The position numbers were made by a program, and so were the translations under genes. Positions 10,925 to 21,724 of a DNA stretch of 64,000 nt are shown piece by piece. The notes below the pieces were generated by a model that was not told where the DNA came from, did not search any database, and was given only the letters and a program-made list of their open reading frames with translations. Every line of letters starts with the position of its first letter. Position 1 is the stretch's first letter. Source of the stretch: Naegleria gruberi (Eukaryota); the NCBI GenBank assembly GCA_000004985.1, contig GG738863.1. One strand, 5' to 3'.

Positions 10925-13475
10925 ATGATCAACAATAACAATGCGGAGTCTCATCATCAACAGGGGAGCGGTATGATGGCCAATCAGACAAACCGAAGAG
11001 TTGTGGCTTCTTCTTCGAAACAATCGGCCATTGTGAGAGGACAATGTTTATTTTTATTGGGAAGTCCGTATCTTGGAAAGAGTGGTTATTTTGAACAAGA
11101 ATACGAAATTAAAGGATTTGAGAGGATTAGCTTTGAAAAGGATAGAAGGAAAACGTTTGAAAGGATTTTTAATTTGCTCTCACAAAATAGGAATATAGTA
11201 ATTGATGATGAACAAATCATGTCTCTTACTGAAGCTANNNNNNNNNNNNNNNNNNNNNNNNNNNNNNNNNNNNNNNNNNNNNNNNNNTAAGTTTTGATTT
11301 GATTGAACAAATCAAATTGAATGAAAAATTTATCATGGATATTCAAGCTTCACTAGGAGAAAATAATGGAAATTCATCTCTAATTTACCCAACCAGTGAG
11401 GAAAAATTTGACAAGTCCACTAAGAAGGAAATGTCACTCTATGTGAATAGAAGTGAATCAGAATTTTCCTACCACACACTCATACTAGATGCCTGTTCCT
11501 CTAATTTATTTACCTATGATACAAAGAAGAGAAAAATTCATTTCAAAGATGCACAAAAAATTAAGGAATTGATTTTGAAATGGACTGAAAGGAGTAAGGA
11601 TACACGAGTAGTTGTCATTTTCAGTGATAAAGACTCTTTCAGAGTTTCTCTCAATATACCTGCTAATCATGTCAATTCTTTAAATGTAATGCATTTGTTG
11701 AGAAATGCCATAATGGAATTGTCATTACCATCACCTGTTTATTATTGTACAGATAATGAAAATAAGGATATTTTTCTACTTATTTGCCAGGTAAGTTTAT
11801 ATTTTATTATTTACCGATTTAATCTATCCTATAATAATTATTCCAGATATTTTACGTTTATTCTATTAAAACGAGTGAATCATTATTAATTTCAGATAAC
11901 AAGATTGATTTACCAAAGACTATATTCAAATTATTCCCAAAACTTTCCTTAATAGATTATTCGAGCTTCTTCTCATTGGAAGATTTAAAATCACATTCAT
12001 TAGAACATAACAATACACCAATATCTAACAATGAAATTATTCCATTAGATTTCAATTCAAATGCAAGAAATATTGAAGCACCAAAACAAAGAAGATATCC
12101 ATTACTGAATCTTTTAAGCGAATCTGAGAATATGACGGATGAGTCTTACGTAGAGTACACTAAAAAGGGAATGTATCACGGTATGATTCTACAGAGACAA
12201 TACATTTCATATTTCGAATATAAGGAAGACTTTTTCGAATGCTCTGAACCAATTTTACTGAATGAAGAAAGTCAATCGAGAGTTATTCTATTTGATGACT
12301 TGGATAGAATGGAAGATGATGACAATCAGGAAGAGGAGCAGGAAGAGAATCCACTAGAAAGACTGAAAAGATTAAAAGAAATGTACAATAGGACAAAACA
12401 TTTAGATTCACAAGGAAGAGCCAATAGTAACGAAGCATATACGAGTGTTACTGTCGCGGGGTCATCTTCTACTGGAGTGTTTGCCATCAAAGATCCCTTT
12501 GGAAGAACAAATTCAACAAATATACCATCCCAAAATGATGGTATGGAACTTTCAACAGCTTCTCAAATGGAAAATGCTGCTCACAATCAGACATCATCAA
12601 CTGGTGTGATGGCCAATAGCGTTTTAGCTGACAGTAAAGTACTTTCAGCTCTCGTTGTGAACATGTCCATTCACCAAGTTATGAATCATTTTGGAATGAC
12701 ATTCTTTCAAAGAGGAAGAGACTATAAGAATGAATACAGAATTGATAATTTCAAAACTAAAATTATCAATAATGTTGCTTTCAAGCTCTATAGTACCTGT
12801 GTTGGTACGAGACCTGAACCATACAAGCAAGAAAGTATCATTAAGGAAGGAAAACTTTTGAAGGCTATTTGTAATTGTCCTATTGGAGCAGAAGGCACAT
12901 GCAAACATATTTGTGCTCAAATTCTAGCATTTAGAGAAAAGGACAAGTATATGAGAGAAAAGTTTGAATCTTTGAACAGTTCCAAGTCTGATAGGTTACT
13001 TCCTCCACCAATACCATTCTCTCAATTAGATCCAGTTCTAGATGATTGGTGTATCAAGGTAAAGGTTATCAAGAAACACAATGAGAAATCATGGGCCAAC
13101 GAGAGAGGTTCTGGACGTGTAGCTGCCATCACCATTGCTGATGAGCTTTCAGGAGATATGTCCCTCTCCTCAAAACAAAACAAGGTTAAATTGATCATGT
13201 TTAATGATTGTATCAATGAATTTTATGATCAAATGGAAGAAGGCGAAAGTTATTATGTCAATAAGGGACATTTAATCAAAAAGCCACACGAAGATTTCTT
13301 TGAAATTCAATTATGTACCAATACTGTAGTAAGAAATATTCATCAGCTCAATGTTAAATTTAAGGATCAACATAATACAAGCGCAGACTATTCAAGAATA
13401 TTCCAAGAGAAACTTCAAACTAAAAATATAGGAATTGAATTTGAGGAATATCCACTCAATTCAAGTACCACATAA
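10925..13475 (+). CDS. multidomain protein: P-loop kinase-like N-terminus, SWIM zinc finger, RPA70-like OB fold (one gene spanning an assembly gap and one intron)
   Basis: ATG at 10925. LFLLGSPYLGKSGY is a Walker A motif of the PNK/AAA_33-kinase type, and ...NIVIDDEQ is Walker B-like. The gene runs across the N-run 11237-11287. The exon ...LLICQ ends at a GTAAGT donor (11791), and a 56-nt intron (11791-11846) rejoins in frame to IFYVYS..., which is continuous with ORF 11976-13475. C-terminal half: CNCPIGAEGTCKHICAQILAF (SWIM CxCxnCxH), then WCIKVKVIKKHNEKSWANERGSGRVAAITIADELSGDMSL...GESYYVNKGHLIKKP, which closely matches the RPA70 DBD-A OB-fold consensus. Confidence 0.6.
11237..11287. other. 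assembly gap (51 N)
   Basis: Run of n inside the coding region of the 10925-13475 gene. Confidence 0.99.
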
Positions 13476-13484
13476 TAATTCCAT

Positions 13485-14673
13485 GATTGAACCATCTCCT
13501 GAAAAGAAGAGAAAGATTGAGCAAGTCATTTCTCAAAATAATGCAGAGAATGAAAATATTGAGGATCAAGAAGAGGAGGACCAACCAGAAAGAAGAATAG
13601 TGAATAATGAATACGAATCACCAAATAAGAAGGCAAAACTACCATCCATTGATACTAGGTTTGATGATATTATGAATGCTCAAACAATGGAAAGCCAACA
13701 CTCAATCATTGCATCTCAACCAATGACCTCAACATCCAACGAATCCTGCAAGTCACAAATTATCAATACTCCAAGTACAGGTAAAAAGTCTCAGGTCATT
13801 GAAGAGGAAGTATTCAATGTTGATGAAGATGAGGAAATTCATCAAGTAATTGTTCAAGATGTAGATGAGGAGGAGGATGGGCCAATATTTACTAGTGACA
13901 ATTATCAGAAACCGGCCACTGAGTCTATCCTCGCTAAATCACAACCTTTGAGTTCATCAGAACTAGCAACAAAACCAAACACATCCTCTTCCACTGTACC
14001 ATCCAATAACAACTCACAAAAGAGTAACCATTCCAGTAACAGCTCGAGCACACCCACTCCAAAACCTCATTATTACTTTGATGAAAATGAACAGAGTCAA
14101 ACATTTGAAGATATTTTCTTTACTCCATTCAAAACTCCACAAACTTGCTCCACAAACAAAACAACACCTTCATCCACCTTCTCCCTCAATGCCAAACTAG
14201 AGAATATTCTTATTGACGATGAATCTTCCCCATTCTATCAAAGTGAATCAAAAACTAAGGACTTGATTCCTGATGATGATGTTCAAGAAATTGTAAATAG
14301 TCAAGAATTTGAAAGAAAACCAATGAGCCCTAAATCCCTAAGTCAACACAACAAGCCACAAGTTTTGGATTATGTTGTTTTGAGTGACAATGAAGAAGTG
14401 GAAATTTTGGACTTTGTCACTCCAAGAAAACCAATTCGTAAAAAGACCAAACCTCAATCCCCAATATTTCAACCTCCACCTCCTACCGATATTATTGTAA
14501 GGAAACCTTCTGCTTCAATAATTGTTGAAGAAAAACCAAACCAGCAACCAGAATCTTCCAATAATTCCACCTCAGCTTTAGATAATTCCACAACAACCCC
14601 TTCTTCCACCAAAACTCCTAAAAAAGTCAGTCTCAAATTCCTTCTCGATAACAATGACATGTCTGACTGGTAA
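13485..14673 (+). CDS. acidic Ser/Thr/Asn-rich low-complexity ORF: either a frame-shifted C-terminal tail of the preceding gene or a separate gene
   Basis: The long open frame (tool ORF 13435-14673) overlaps the last 41 nt of the preceding gene in the +1 frame. Its first ATG (MIEPSPEKKRK) lies only 10 bp after that gene's stop, too close for an independent promoter. No convincing intron links the two frames. Confidence 0.35.
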
Positions 14674-15099
14674 ATCAATAATTTTCCTCAATAATAGTGT
14701 TCTTTTACTTTAATTCCATGCCTTTACCAATTTTACCTATCTATTAATAAGTTTTGTTTGTTGGTGGAATTTGCAATTTGCAGAAAGCACATTCTCTTAA
14801 AAAGAGCTCTGACAAAATCGTTGTTTTCAATTAAAATTAATTTAAATCTGAATTGAAAAAATATTCATCACAAGAGGTATGTACCCATCGTTCCGCTTTT
14901 ATGAACCGTGTTTTTGTTTGCTTTCCTTTTTTTTAACAATGATCATCATCAACAACATTAAACAACAATTCTGACAATAATATTTAACAATAATATATTT
15001 GCGGCAATTTGTGGATAATGAAAATGTGTGATGATATTCTTCTTGATAAATAATTTATTTCTTTGATGATGGACAAATTAATAATATTGTTAACAGAAA

Positions 15100-16524
15100 A
15101 TGCTCGATATCAACTTGTTAAGAGAATACAAGAACGGAAACCCTGAAATTGTCAGAGAATCCCAACGTAGAAGACACAAGGATGTTGCTCTCGTCGATAA
15201 AGTCATTGAATTGGATGCAGAATGGAGAAAGCTTACTGGTGAAGTTAATGGTATCAAGAACTTGGGCAACATTGTCAGCAAGGAAGTTGGTCAAAGAATG
15301 AAGGCTAAACAACCACTCGGTGATGATATTGAAATCCCACAAGAAATTTTGGCTACTGTCGATAAGAATTTTACAAAGGAAACTCTTGAAAGTGTTTTCC
15401 CTCAACTCAACACAAATCAATTGAAGAAACTTTCTAATCATATTACCGAAGTTCACGTCAAGCAAGCTGATACTGATGCTTCTAATAAGGAAAAGGAAAG
15501 AGATGAAGTTTTGCTTCAACTTGGTAACCTTGTTCACGAAACTGTTGTTGTTAGTGATAATGAAGATAACAATGGTATTGTTCGTTTGGTTGGTAATCCA
15601 AGACCAAAGGTTGATGACAGTGGATTCAAATGTCTTAAACATATTGATATCATGAGAAAGCTCGGATGTTTGGCTACTGAAGAAGGTACTCAAGTTGGTG
15701 GTGGTAGAGGTTATTTCTTGATGGGAGATTTGGTTAGATTGAACTTGGCTCTCCAAAATTATGCTATTCAATTTTTGACTGAAAAGGGATTCTGTCCAAT
15801 GTACACACCATTCTTCATGACAAAGGATCAAATGAAGAGAGTTGCTCAATTATCTCAATTTGATGAAGAATTATATACTGTTTCTGGTGAAGGTGAAGAC
15901 AAGTATTTGATTGCCACTTCTGAACAACCAATTGCTGCTTTCCACTTGGATAAGAGATTTGACGAAAGTGAACTTCCATTGAAGTATTGTGGTATGTCCA
16001 CTTGTTTCAGAAAGGAAGTTGGTGCTCACGGTAAGGATACTTTGGGTATTTTCCGTGTCCATCAATTTGAAAAGATTGAACAATTCGTTGTCACTTCTCC
16101 AAAGGACAATAAGAGTTGGGAAATGTTCGAAGATATGATTGGTAACTCTGAAGCTTTCTATCAATCTCTTGGTCTCTCCTACAGAGTTGTTAATATTGTC
16201 AGTGGTGCTTTGAACAATGCTGCTGCTAAGAAGTTAGATTTGGAAGCTTGGTTCCCAGGTGCTGAAGAAGGTAACGAATATCGTGAATTGGTTTCTTGCT
16301 CTAATTGTACTGACTATCAAGCCAGAAGATTGAACGTCAGATATGGTAAGGCTGCTACTAAGGGTGATGCTGAATTCTGTCACATGTTGAACTCTACATT
16401 GAGTGCTACTTCTAGAACTATTTGTTGTATTGTTGAAAATTACCAAACTCCAGAAGGTGTTAATATTCCAGAAGTTTTACAACCATACATGGGTGGTACC
16501 AAATTCATTCCATACAAGAAGTAA
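15100..16524 (+). CDS. serS: seryl-tRNA synthetase (cytosolic class II aaRS)
   Basis: Single 474-aa ORF. It has an N-terminal coiled-coil arm (MLDINLLREYKNGNPEIVRESQRRR). Class II motifs: RFDESELPLKYCGMSTCFRKE (motif 2), GAHGKDTLGIFRVHQFEKIEQF, and the motif 3 region SCSNCTDYQARRLNVRY. Collinear with SerRS throughout. Confidence 0.95.
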   Translation: MLDINLLREYKNGNPEIVRESQRRRHKDVALVDKVIELDAEWRKLTGEVNGIKNLGNIVSKEVGQRMKAKQPLGDDIEIPQEILATVDKNFTKETLESVFPQLNTNQLKKLSNHITEVHVKQADTDASNKEKERDEVLLQLGNLVHETVVVSDNEDNNGIVRLVGNPRPKVDDSGFKCLKHIDIMRKLGCLATEEGTQVGGGRGYFLMGDLVRLNLALQNYAIQFLTEKGFCPMYTPFFMTKDQMKRVAQLSQFDEELYTVSGEGEDKYLIATSEQPIAAFHLDKRFDESELPLKYCGMSTCFRKEVGAHGKDTLGIFRVHQFEKIEQFVVTSPKDNKSWEMFEDMIGNSEAFYQSLGLSYRVVNIVSGALNNAAAKKLDLEAWFPGAEEGNEYRELVSCSNCTDYQARRLNVRYGKAATKGDAEFCHMLNSTLSATSRTICCIVENYQTPEGVNIPEVLQPYMGGTKFIPYKK

Positions 16525-16727
16525 ATTTATTAATCTTTTGTTTTTAAATTTTACTTTCTTATGTGAGAAGGAACATAAGGAATCTAAATTTGAAAAATTC
16601 AAGTTAAGTTGGACTTGTTTCTATCCTGTGGTATCCTGCGGTGATCTATTCAGCTCAGAATTTCGAAACAATTCACGCCAAAGGAATCAAGTGAATTCAT
16701 TTATATTTCAGATTTTATGATAGTGGA

Positions 16728-16819
16728 TGGCTACGGCGTCCGATTTGAGAAGTTAAGCATCGTCGAGCCACATCAGTACTGAGGTTGGAGACAACTTGGG
16801 AACCTGTGGTGCTGTAGTC
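16728..16819 (+). rRNA. 5S rRNA gene copy with a 27-nt internal deletion (probable pseudogene or variant)
   Basis: GGCTACGGC|GTCCGATTTGAGAAGTTAAGCATCGTCGAGCCACATCAGTACTGAGGTTGGAGACAACTTGGGAACCTGTGGTGCTGTAGTC followed by TTTT. It is identical over 86 nt to the reverse complement of 21603-21688. It lacks CATATCACGATGAATGCACCTCATCCC, which is present in the other copy after ACGGC. Confidence 0.55.
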
Positions 16820-16875
16820 TTTTATTTTGAAAACCTTTTGGCTATTTTCATCTTCAAAAAAAATGCAAGAAGAAA

Positions 16876-19389
16876 ATGCCACCCTCAATAACTGCAAGTA
16901 ACGAGAAACTAAAATCAAAGAAAACGACAAAGAGGAAAAATGAAGAGGAATATATTCCTTTTGATAATGATGAATTTATTGAGGCAGAGGATGAAACTAC
17001 GAAAGCAAAAAAACCAACAAAAACAAATATTAAGGTTACTACTCACAACAATCCTGTGCCAAGCACACCCAAAAAGAGAAAAACAGGATCTACTGTTGAC
17101 TTTGTTCCTGTAACCACCCCATCCACATATACAAATTCAAACCATAATCCTGTTAAAGTGGATTTTTGCCAGTCAGACCTGGCTAACGATGATAGCCTGT
17201 TTAAAATACCATTTATTAACAGAGAATATGTTTCTCAACAATTAGCAGAATCTCTATTACTCCAAAAATCCACACAAAAAGGAATCCTGCCAATTTTGAG
17301 CCAACATTTTGGAAGTGGAAAGACAGCCCTTGTTGAAAACTTTAGACAAGTTTTAACAAGAAACAATATTTCTCTTGTTGGCACAGAAGAAAATGTCAAG
17401 AGTTTGATGCAGGCTGCCTTGGTTTATTTGGACGTATCAATTGAGGCTCCTTCTGATAAGTTTGAGGATTTAGATTTAAAAGGTATTTTTTTTGAAAATT
17501 GCTTGGAAAGAACATGTGATGCTTTAAAACAGGTTGATGCAACATTCTTGGACGAATCAGAAAAGGAAAAATTGAAAATGAGTTTGTCTGTGATTCAGAA
17601 TATGGTTTGTAATGAAGAACCACTCTACTTGCATCAGAAAGTTGTTGCCTCATTCAAGGATTGTGGTAACATTTTCAACTTTTTTCAAAGATGGTCAAAA
17701 AACCAACTTTTTCCCTTACTTTTATTTTTTGATGAATTTTCCCACTTGGGAGAGAGTGTAATTCTCAAATTTTGGCAAAGGTTGAAACTGCTCTTTGGAT
17801 GTACAAACCCTGGAAAAACTATTAGATATCCAGGTATATATATTGTGGTTGCTGGTAAATCGGCTGCCCTCGCCAAATTAGGAAGAGGTTTCATTGTTTC
17901 TCCAACGCCATCTATTCACATTGTATTGGACATGCTGAAAGTTGAGCATATAGCTGAACTGATAACTGAGTTAGAAATTTCACCAAACAAAAGTATTACA
18001 ATGAAACAATTTTTGGAACAGGAATTCAAAATTGGGAAACATTTTGAGTTTTTTTGTAAAGTTCTTCATGAATATTCTGGAGGAATACCTAGACTAATTA
18101 TCAAAACAGCATTCTCTTTTGTGGACTATTGGCGTAGAACAGGAAAAGCAGTGGAATTGTCTTCACGAGAAAAAATTGAGCTAGTATTTAAAAGTTTCAA
18201 AACAAGTGAAATATTGAGCCATGTAAGAAACCTTTCTGAAATAATTCCATTAACATTTGAGGCTGACCATCCTTCATATTCAACCTTGAAAAGATTTTTC
18301 TATTTTGCAACTGTCGGAATTCCAGTAGAACCAAAAGCAAATATGATTGATCTAATATATGATTTGAATATTGGAGTGGAAACCATGTTGGTAGCAGAGG
18401 AAGATGTTTCACACCAATATTTTCGACCAATTGTTCCAAAATTTATTTCACTTTCAGAAATAGAAATACCTGAAAAAATTCAAATGTTGCAACAAATATT
18501 CTCTCATGGATTTAAAGAGTCTCAATATGTTGACAAAGGAGCATTGCTAGAAATACTTGTACGAGATACCATCATTAGCAAAATTGTTTTTCTTATCACA
18601 GAAAACAAGTTGAAAGGAGGCAAATGGAAAACAATACATCCATGTTTTGCAAAATCAAATCTCTTGAGAGATAAAATTGTCAAGATGGATACACAGTATG
18701 TGAGATACATGCCAAAAATTATTACCAGCAATAAGGCCAAGTGTCATAAAGATTCAGAATACTTTGAAATGGATATTCCTTGGGACCATACAGCATCTGA
18801 TCAAAACTGGAAAAAAGTGAAACAAGTCTTTTTTATTGGTGATTGCCTTGTTCATCCAGCTCCTAAATCAAGGTCAAGTGATTTTTACATCAACCTCCCT
18901 CCTGATTGTGCACTTGCTTTTGCAGTTAAGAATTATCCAAAAACTGTATTTTCAATTCAAATGCTACAACAAGAGATTGATACGTGTTTTTTATCTACAC
19001 AGAAAGGCACTTTTTCAAAGATTACATTATTCGTATTTTGTAGTGGTATTGAACATTCTGATCTTAATAACTATTGCGATCGTGATGGATGTTTGGTTCT
19101 TGAATCTGGAGTTTATGAGTTTGAGGAGAATAATACTATCAAAACAACTCAATCAAGTTTTAAACCAGTTTTTAAAAAACTTAGAAATACACCAAATAAT
19201 ATATCAGAGTACTCACCGCCACACCACGATCTCAAAATTTATATCCCTGACGACATGGAAGTTATCGTTTTAGGCAAGCAAAGTTTTGACTCTTTTTTCA
19301 ATGAAAATGATAGGTCATTATTGCAACGCTTATCAACAGACTTGCCAACTGTTCAACACCTAGAAAGCATTTTACCAAATATTTATTAA
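16876..19389 (+). CDS. hypothetical P-loop NTPase (Walker A FGSGKTAL, Walker B LLLFFDEF), 837 aa
   Basis: Single long ORF with a basic N-terminal tail, then ...GILPILSQHFGSGKTALVENF and hhhhDE further downstream. The rest is large and probably helical. No family could be assigned by eye. Confidence 0.55.
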   Translation: MPPSITASNEKLKSKKTTKRKNEEEYIPFDNDEFIEAEDETTKAKKPTKTNIKVTTHNNPVPSTPKKRKTGSTVDFVPVTTPSTYTNSNHNPVKVDFCQSDLANDDSLFKIPFINREYVSQQLAESLLLQKSTQKGILPILSQHFGSGKTALVENFRQVLTRNNISLVGTEENVKSLMQAALVYLDVSIEAPSDKFEDLDLKGIFFENCLERTCDALKQVDATFLDESEKEKLKMSLSVIQNMVCNEEPLYLHQKVVASFKDCGNIFNFFQRWSKNQLFPLLLFFDEFSHLGESVILKFWQRLKLLFGCTNPGKTIRYPGIYIVVAGKSAALAKLGRGFIVSPTPSIHIVLDMLKVEHIAELITELEISPNKSITMKQFLEQEFKIGKHFEFFCKVLHEYSGGIPRLIIKTAFSFVDYWRRTGKAVELSSREKIELVFKSFKTSEILSHVRNLSEIIPLTFEADHPSYSTLKRFFYFATVGIPVEPKANMIDLIYDLNIGVETMLVAEEDVSHQYFRPIVPKFISLSEIEIPEKIQMLQQIFSHGFKESQYVDKGALLEILVRDTIISKIVFLITENKLKGGKWKTIHPCFAKSNLLRDKIVKMDTQYVRYMPKIITSNKAKCHKDSEYFEMDIPWDHTASDQNWKKVKQVFFIGDCLVHPAPKSRSSDFYINLPPDCALAFAVKNYPKTVFSIQMLQQEIDTCFLSTQKGTFSKITLFVFCSGIEHSDLNNYCDRDGCLVLESGVYEFEENNTIKTTQSSFKPVFKKLRNTPNNISEYSPPHHDLKIYIPDDMEVIVLGKQSFDSFFNENDRSLLQRLSTDLPTVQHLESILPNIY

Positions 19390-19725
19390 GTATTGGAATA
19401 GCTTACAAGGTTGAAATTACTTCATTGCAATTAAATGACAGATGACATTAATAAACTTTCACGTTTTTCTATGCTAATATTAAGTGATGTTATGTTTCAT
19501 TTCACTTATATTTGACTCATTCATCAATTAGATTGCCAAGTTTTATCAAGCGATGTTAATTGTTTCATTTCACTAATGTAACCTTCTTGTTTTACCATGA
19601 TGATGACAATGATGCTGTAATTACAGAAGAGTTTTTTACATTTATCCTAAATCCACAAGCACTTGGAACTTATTGGTCAACTTGCTTTTCGAAATGGTAT
19701 TCATGGAAACACAACATTGAAAAAA

Positions 19726-21588
19726 ATGAATACAAATAACCTTCCCACAGATTGCTTGTTGTACTTGTGTGATTTTATGATCCTTCAATTGAATGATTAT
19801 TGCAATATTTTCCTAGTTAACAAACATTGGAGGAATTCATTGGAATTGAATAATCATTTCTGGTTGAGGCAAGTGTGTGGTATTGTTAAAATGGCTTCCG
19901 ATGATCATCATCATTCCTTTGATCAATTGTGTAGCATGGTAATTTATGGAAATTGGACTGAATTCAAATTAAAGTATAAAGGAAATGTGTATTTACATAA
20001 ATTTTGGAAGAGAATTGAAAAGTTAAAGGAAATGAGTAGTGATATTGAACTCTTAAAATCAGCAGCTTTTCAAGTGATTGTGCAATTTCATAGAAATGCA
20101 TCGAGTCAATTTCAAAAAGAACGGTTAAAATTGGAGAACACTCACTATTTGGAAAGGTTTGAAAAGTATCACTTCTTTTATCAAGATGAATATCAGTCGA
20201 ATGTCAATATGATTTTAACAATAGATAGCATGTTCATGACTCATTTCTCTCAGTATTGGGTTTATTTGATAGGCTTTGATACTAAATATCCAAATACACC
20301 AACCAGATTAACAACCATGTTTTTACAGAAATGTATCGAGTCGAAACAGAATTATTGTGGTAAAATGGCAAGTCTATTGTCATTTACTTTGAATAGTGAG
20401 ACACTCATTGGTATAGATGTTGAGAATTTTCTATCAACCTTGATCAATTCATTGCTAAAGTATTTCACAAACCCTAGTATTAGCAAGAATCACAAGCAAA
20501 AGCTCGATCTTTATCAAAAATTGATTGATGAAATGTTTTTGAATTTGAATGAGTATCATAGTGGTGAAATATTTGTTTCAATAATGAAACGACTTCAGTC
20601 TGATATTTTCCCACTTGTTTCCAAAGAAAAGCAACAATGTGAGATTGTCACAATACCAAAATTGTCAAAACAATTATTGAATATTATTTGCCAAGATGGA
20701 AATATGAGAGAAAATATTATCCCTTTCGTATTTTCTAATTTTCGAGTGGAGAGTAACATGTTACAAACCTTATTGAAAAGTTCAAGAGATTCATTTATAG
20801 TGAAATGGTACTATACTACTTTACGAGATGAATTCACATGTGTGATCTATCCTCAAATCGAATATGTGATGGGAGAAGAGTTGATTTCATTTCAAGAATT
20901 GATCCAAACATTGGCTAATCATTACATGAAACGAGGGAAGACATTTAAGAAACTGTTGCAAGATATTCAAAAAACTAGCTGTCCATTCAAAATGGTACTT
21001 AGAAAGGGCGTGGGATTATTAGAAACCATTGAGCATTTGGAATATTACTACCAACTCTACTCGACCAATATGAAGAAGGATGTTGTAAAAGAGTATTTGG
21101 CTGAAGCACTTGGAGAAATGTTTCCAAGTATGATAGAAAGTAGTGGCGTTCCTTTCGCCAAGAGTATTGTCGATCATTACAAGACCAATTTCCATATTCC
21201 TCTTCACAAATGCTCAAAAAAGAATCATGACGCAAACATGTGCTTTGATATTTGTGAGATTTTGACTGCCAATCAAAATTGTCCAAAGAATTGGAAAGAT
21301 AATCAAGCTTACTTTACGATTCATCCAATAGCTTTATATTTAATTGGAAATAGGTATTGTTATGGTGGAAATCTTGATCTTTCGAGCTTTCTTCCTGAAT
21401 ATGGAGAAACTATAATTACAGTTCCAATTTTGATAGATTTTGTGAGAACCTATACTGGTAATGATAGTTCACCAATTTATAGTTTTCCCTATTCGAAAGT
21501 TCCACCAACATCTATTCGATTCATTTTGAAGAAGGTCACATTGAAAACCTTACTTGAAAATCCAATGCTTATTCTGGATCACCTGTAG
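19726..21588 (+). CDS. F-box domain protein (F-box at the N-terminus, large C-terminal region of unknown function)
   Basis: The tool ORF starts at a TTG. The first ATG at 19726 gives MNTNNLPTDCLLYLCDFMILQLNDYCNIFLVNKHWRNSLELNNHFW, an F-box consensus (LPxEiLxxIfxxL...W). The ORF is open to TAG at 21586-21588. Confidence 0.55.
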   Translation: MNTNNLPTDCLLYLCDFMILQLNDYCNIFLVNKHWRNSLELNNHFWLRQVCGIVKMASDDHHHSFDQLCSMVIYGNWTEFKLKYKGNVYLHKFWKRIEKLKEMSSDIELLKSAAFQVIVQFHRNASSQFQKERLKLENTHYLERFEKYHFFYQDEYQSNVNMILTIDSMFMTHFSQYWVYLIGFDTKYPNTPTRLTTMFLQKCIESKQNYCGKMASLLSFTLNSETLIGIDVENFLSTLINSLLKYFTNPSISKNHKQKLDLYQKLIDEMFLNLNEYHSGEIFVSIMKRLQSDIFPLVSKEKQQCEIVTIPKLSKQLLNIICQDGNMRENIIPFVFSNFRVESNMLQTLLKSSRDSFIVKWYYTTLRDEFTCVIYPQIEYVMGEELISFQELIQTLANHYMKRGKTFKKLLQDIQKTSCPFKMVLRKGVGLLETIEHLEYYYQLYSTNMKKDVVKEYLAEALGEMFPSMIESSGVPFAKSIVDHYKTNFHIPLHKCSKKNHDANMCFDICEILTANQNCPKNWKDNQAYFTIHPIALYLIGNRYCYGGNLDLSSFLPEYGETIITVPILIDFVRTYTGNDSSPIYSFPYSKVPPTSIRFILKKVTLKTLLENPMLILDHL

Positions 21589-21606
21589 ATTTTTCTAAGA
21601 CAAAAA

Positions 21607-21724
21607 GACTACAGCACCACAGGTTCCCAAGTTGTCTCCAACCTCAGTACTGATGTGGCTCGACGATGCTTAACTTCTCAAATCGGACGGGATGAGGTGC
21701 ATTCATCGTGATATGGCCGTAGCC
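21607..21724 (-). rRNA. 5S rRNA gene (apparently full-length, about 118 nt)
   Basis: The reverse complement reads GGCTACGGCCATATCACGATGAATGCACCTCATCCCGTCCGATTTGAGAAGTTAAGCATCGTCGAGCCACATCAGTACTGAGGTTGGAGACAACTTGGGAACCTGTGGTGCTGTAGTC followed by TTTTT, which is a pol III terminator. The 5' GGCUAC pairs with the 3' GUAGUC to form helix I. The conserved ACGGCCATA, CCCGTCCGAT, AGTACT and GGGAAC...GGTGCTGTAG elements are in the expected order. Confidence 0.7.

Noticed and set aside
16738-21688. 86-bp perfect inverted repeats 4.8 kb apart looked at first like terminal inverted repeats of a DNA transposon carrying two cargo genes
   Set aside because: Each repeat is a 5S rRNA gene copy (conserved 5S elements, helix I complement, oligo-T terminator). 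Neither enclosed gene resembles a transposase, and no target-site duplication is evident.
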